Shown here: positions 58,977 to 62,000 of the stretch, one piece after another
Layout: the number at the start of each line of letters is the position of its first letter
Position numbering within the stretch: position 1 is the stretch's first letter
From: Schmidtea polychroa
Lineage: Eukaryota
Length of the DNA stretch: 62,000 nucleotides
Direction of reading: 5' to 3'
NCBI GenBank assembly: GCA_044892525.1
Contig: CM097885.1
Coordinates: forward strand, 1,426,001 to 1,488,000
Position numbers and translations under genes: made by a program
The notes under the pieces: model-generated
The model's input: the letters and a program-made list of their open reading frames with translations, nothing else
Told to the model about the DNA's origin: nothing
The model's database searches: none

Positions 58977-60269
58977 TCAAGAATCTCCCCTAACATTTTC
59001 GATTATTGAAATCTTTCCACCATCTAATTTCATTTCTATTTTCTTTTCTTCTAATATTAATGTATATACTTTAGCTTTAAAATTAGAATCCTTTGTTACA
59101 TGAAGTGTAACATCAACATTATTTATGGCTAGGCGATCATCTTGGTCTGAAACATTTATACAAAATATAGAATATAAATTTTTGAAATCTTCTAAACTTA
59201 ATTGCGGTTCAACTTTGAAATCATAACATGTTTCAATATAATTTAGATATGGGAATATGTTTTCATTATTTTCAATATTAAATTCCATTCTATTTATTGG
59301 ATAATAAGAACTATTTAATTGAATTTGGATTGTTTTTAAATTATCAACTCCAATCTTTTGAATAAATAGATTGTTATTTTTTTGGAAAGATGAATCTACT
59401 TCTTCGAATCCAATCAAGATATATCTTGGTCGGTATGCTAAATTTGCTACCTTTATAGAATATGTTGAACCCTCTGTCATACTAAATTCACTACAGATTC
59501 TATTTAAATAATTTACATTTATAGACTTGTTGGAATTTAATCTTTCAAGGAGTTTGATTTCAGAATGTGGATTTAATGTCCATTCAGGTATATGCAATTC
59601 AAGTGTTGATATTTTTAATTTAGCTGTTGTATCCTTATCTCCATAGAACAATCTTTTATCACCTTCTACTCTATTACAAACTAATTCTATAAAAACATTA
59701 TGAAGTATACGATTATAGTTTTGAAGGAATCCAAACAAGTGTTTTAATTCAAAATAACCTTCAAATTTTTTAGATTTATAAAGTTCAGCTCTTTTATGGT
59801 AACCATGGTTTACATCTAAACCATCTTTATCTAAATCCCCTTTATTAACATCAGGAATCCAACCTGTTAATTCACCATATTCGTTTTTATAATCACAACC
59901 AGTCAAAATAAAATTTAACATTGTAGAATATACTCCCGGATGCAAAACAGTTTCAATTTCTGATGATCCTAGTTTTAATCTCATGTTGGAGAATAAATTT
60001 GGAAAGAAATTATTTTCTAGGGTTATATCTTTGTTTGCTTCAATTTCTAATTCGATTTTATAATATAATTTGGCATTACAAATATCTATAGGGTTTGATG
60101 TTTGAAGAGATTGAAAAACTATATCACCCCTACGATTTAAGTTTGCAATAGATCCTGAAGTTGGGGAGATTTTAAGTACATCATTTTTCTTGATTTCATG
60201 AGTAAATTCTTTATTATAATCAAGATTTAATTTATTTTTTTCTTGAATTTTAAGATTTATATTATTCAT
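58977..60269 (-). CDS. Major capsid protein of A'
   Basis: About 430 aa with ENNFFPNLFSNMRLKLG..EIE, LFGFLQNY, RPRYILIGF, LNSSYYP, YSIFCINVSDQ; first ATG is 60269. Confidence 0.9.
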   Translation of the reverse strand: MNNINLKIQEKNKLNLDYNKEFTHEIKKNDVLKISPTSGSIANLNRRGDIVFQSLQTSNPIDICNAKLYYKIELEIEANKDITLENNFFPNLFSNMRLKLGSSEIETVLHPGVYSTMLNFILTGCDYKNEYGELTGWIPDVNKGDLDKDGLDVNHGYHKRAELYKSKKFEGYFELKHLFGFLQNYNRILHNVFIELVCNRVEGDKRLFYGDKDTTAKLKISTLELHIPEWTLNPHSEIKLLERLNSNKSINVNYLNRICSEFSMTEGSTYSIKVANLAYRPRYILIGFEEVDSSFQKNNNLFIQKIGVDNLKTIQIQLNSSYYPINRMEFNIENNENIFPYLNYIETCYDFKVEPQLSLEDFKNLYSIFCINVSDQDDRLAINNVDVTLHVTKDSNFKAKVYTLILEEKKIEMKLDGGKISIIENVRGDS

Positions 60270-60355
60270 TTTTATATATAAAAGTTGATAAAAATAAAAG
60301 TTGAAAAATAAAAATAAAAATAAAAGGGAATTCAATAAAAAAATAATTTATAAAA

Positions 60356-60577
60356 ATGATTGACTTTATTGAAAGAATGAGAAATGAATTGAATGAAGTT
60401 AAACTTAAGAGAATAAAAAGAAGAGAAGAAGAACCATTAGAATACATTAAAGAGTTGGTGGTAGAGAATGAAAAGTATCGACATTTTTACATGAATGCAG
60501 TAGAAGTAGCTGAGAAAAGATTAGATAAAATAAAACAATTACAGGAAAGAATAAAAGAACTTGAATCGATTATTTAA
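60356..60577 (+). CDS. Small coiled-coil protein divergent from MCP
   Basis: Charged heptad pattern with AAAATG start; its 3' part is tandemly duplicated. Confidence 0.5.
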   Translation: MIDFIERMRNELNEVKLKRIKRREEEPLEYIKELVVENEKYRHFYMNAVEVAEKRLDKIKQLQERIKELESII

Positions 60578-60793
60578 AAAAATGACAAAAAATCCAAACC
60601 TTGATGGCGCAGTGGGCTAGACTGACACAGTGAAAAGTATCGACATTTTTACATGAATGCAGTAGAAGTAGCTGAGAAAAGATTAGATAAAATAAAACAA
60701 TTACAGGAAAGAATAAAAGAACTTGAATCGATTATTTAAAAAAATGACAAAAAATCCAAACCTTGATGGCGCAGTGGGCTAGACTGACACAGT
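60469..60793. repeat. ~162-bp direct tandem duplication
   Basis: 60469-60630 repeated at 60631-60793. Confidence 0.95.
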
Positions 60794-60842
60794 GGTTCAA
60801 AATGCTAGCGGTTCAAATCACATCTGAGGTTAGTTTTTTTTT
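60760..60842 (+). ncRNA. tRNA-sized Pol III-like unit (tRNA pseudogene, SINE head or viral small RNA)
   Basis: Box A TGGCGCAGTGG, box B GGTTCAAATC, pairing ends ACCT...AGGT 71 nt apart, then T9. Confidence 0.5.
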
Positions 60843-61759
60843 CAACATAAAATAATATTAAAAATTTGAAAATAATATTGAAAATAGTGTGGGTATCTTA
60901 TATTTATAAAGTACTTGTATATTTTATTTTATTTATTTTATTTTATTTTATTTTTTTATTAATTAATTATTTTTTAAACATAAATATGAAAAAGAAATAT
61001 TGAAACGGGTGTGGTGGCGAACCGGTAATTATCGCCACCAGTCTTTCGAACACACCCGGATCGATCCCATAATGTGCACATTTATTTCTCGGTTGTTTTC
61101 GGACCTCTTTCGGATTCGCTTTCGAATTCATTTGTACTTTCGAGCAGCACACTTAAAACGCCGATGAAATCGTATTCGAGCGAGAAGCGAATAATAAGGT
61201 GTGCTGCTATTATCGGATTGATTCTGATGTATGAGTCTGGCCAGCTTGTATATTGGAAGAGATTTGATAAACGAAAGAGGTTGAATAAAAAAAAATGATC
61301 CGGATCAAAAAAACTGTTGAGAGGACAGTGAAGAAAAAAAAAATACCACTGTCCTCTCAGAGCAGTTTTACTATTTTCATTTTTTATTCTTCAAGACATC
61401 AAGATTAAGATTTCATTTATTTTTTTTAATTAGCCAATTAGCAACTTGCAAGTTGGCATCCTCAAGTGGCCTTCTAACTTTTTCATAATACCATTTTCTT
61501 TTCTATTCTCTTTATGTTTTTAGTTTGAAGCTTTTGAGTTTGAGGCTTTAAAGATTAAAACAGTTAGAGTCATTAAGGGTGGTTCTTTTCAAAATATAGG
61601 GTTAAAATACTATAAAAGTATAAGTTTTAGGTTGTTTTTCTAATAGCTTAAGTGATTTGGAGGCATGTTTTGTTGGGAGGGCTGTTTTGGTTGGGTATAT
61701 AACCACACTACTGAAGTAACAACCCTACAAAACTGGAGAGGGATGTGGAACAGTAGTTT

Positions 61760-62000
61760 GTCTGTGAATACTCTGCTGGATTGCATCCTTTCTGATGCTC
61801 GAACTAAATTTAAGAATGTTGCAATTGCCTTGATCGATATGAAAAAGGCCTTCGATTCTGTGAATCATGATAGTATCATGAGAGCAGCGAAACTAGCGGG
61901 TTATCCTGAATTGCTATAAAGGTATGGTAAAGAGAGCTAAAGTAATGCTACAACAACTGTCGATGGCATTCGGGCAACTTTAAACAGGGGGTGAAACAGG
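61760..62000 (+). mobile_element. R2-like non-LTR reverse transcriptase fragment
   Basis: NTLLDCILSDAR..IALIDMKKAFDSVNHDSIMRA..GYP, followed by stops. Confidence 0.75.

Larger units (their letters stand above)
48975..60600. mobile_element. Polinton element A', inverted relative of A; termini not seen
   Basis: Same gene order as A in the opposite orientation; near-identical fibre-like, ATPase and integrase genes. Confidence 0.93.

Noticed and set aside
60800..62000. Terminal repeat of element A'
   Set aside because: No match to A's terminus was found; the end appears lost or lies outside the window.

Overview
Very AT-rich eukaryotic (animal-like) DNA with (AAT)n microsatellites and 34-50 nt GT-AG introns, dominated by endogenous Polinton/Maverick (adintovirus-like) elements. 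(1) Element A (<1-12203): MCP tail, dead ZnF-PLA2-integrase, packaging ATPase, pX-like core protein, adenain, penton, fibre-like and membrane proteins, a stand-alone PolB C-terminus and an intact 1464-aa pPolB. It ends in an ACTACT terminus inside the integrase gene of element B. (2) Element B (12204-~21897), a different family: chromodomain integrase tail, penton, core protein, MCP, adenain and a decayed pPolB that appears to be spliced to four acidic, SIM-rich upstream exons. (3) An internally deleted RT-RLE non-LTR fragment and a hAT transposon with TIRs and an 8-bp TSD. (4) Satellites, then a 14.7-kb, essentially non-coding palindrome (32913-47613) with ~7-kb arms, a 668-bp spacer and AGTAGT...ACTACT Polinton-type ends. 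This is the best candidate for an undescribed system (a copy-back or satellite Polinton). (5) Element A' (~48975-60600), an inverted relative of A with an intact ZnF-PLA2-integrase and MCP but a different, broken pPolB, followed by a tRNA-sized Pol III-like unit and an R2-like RT fragment. All calls come from motif reading and by-eye alignment; no database searches were run.
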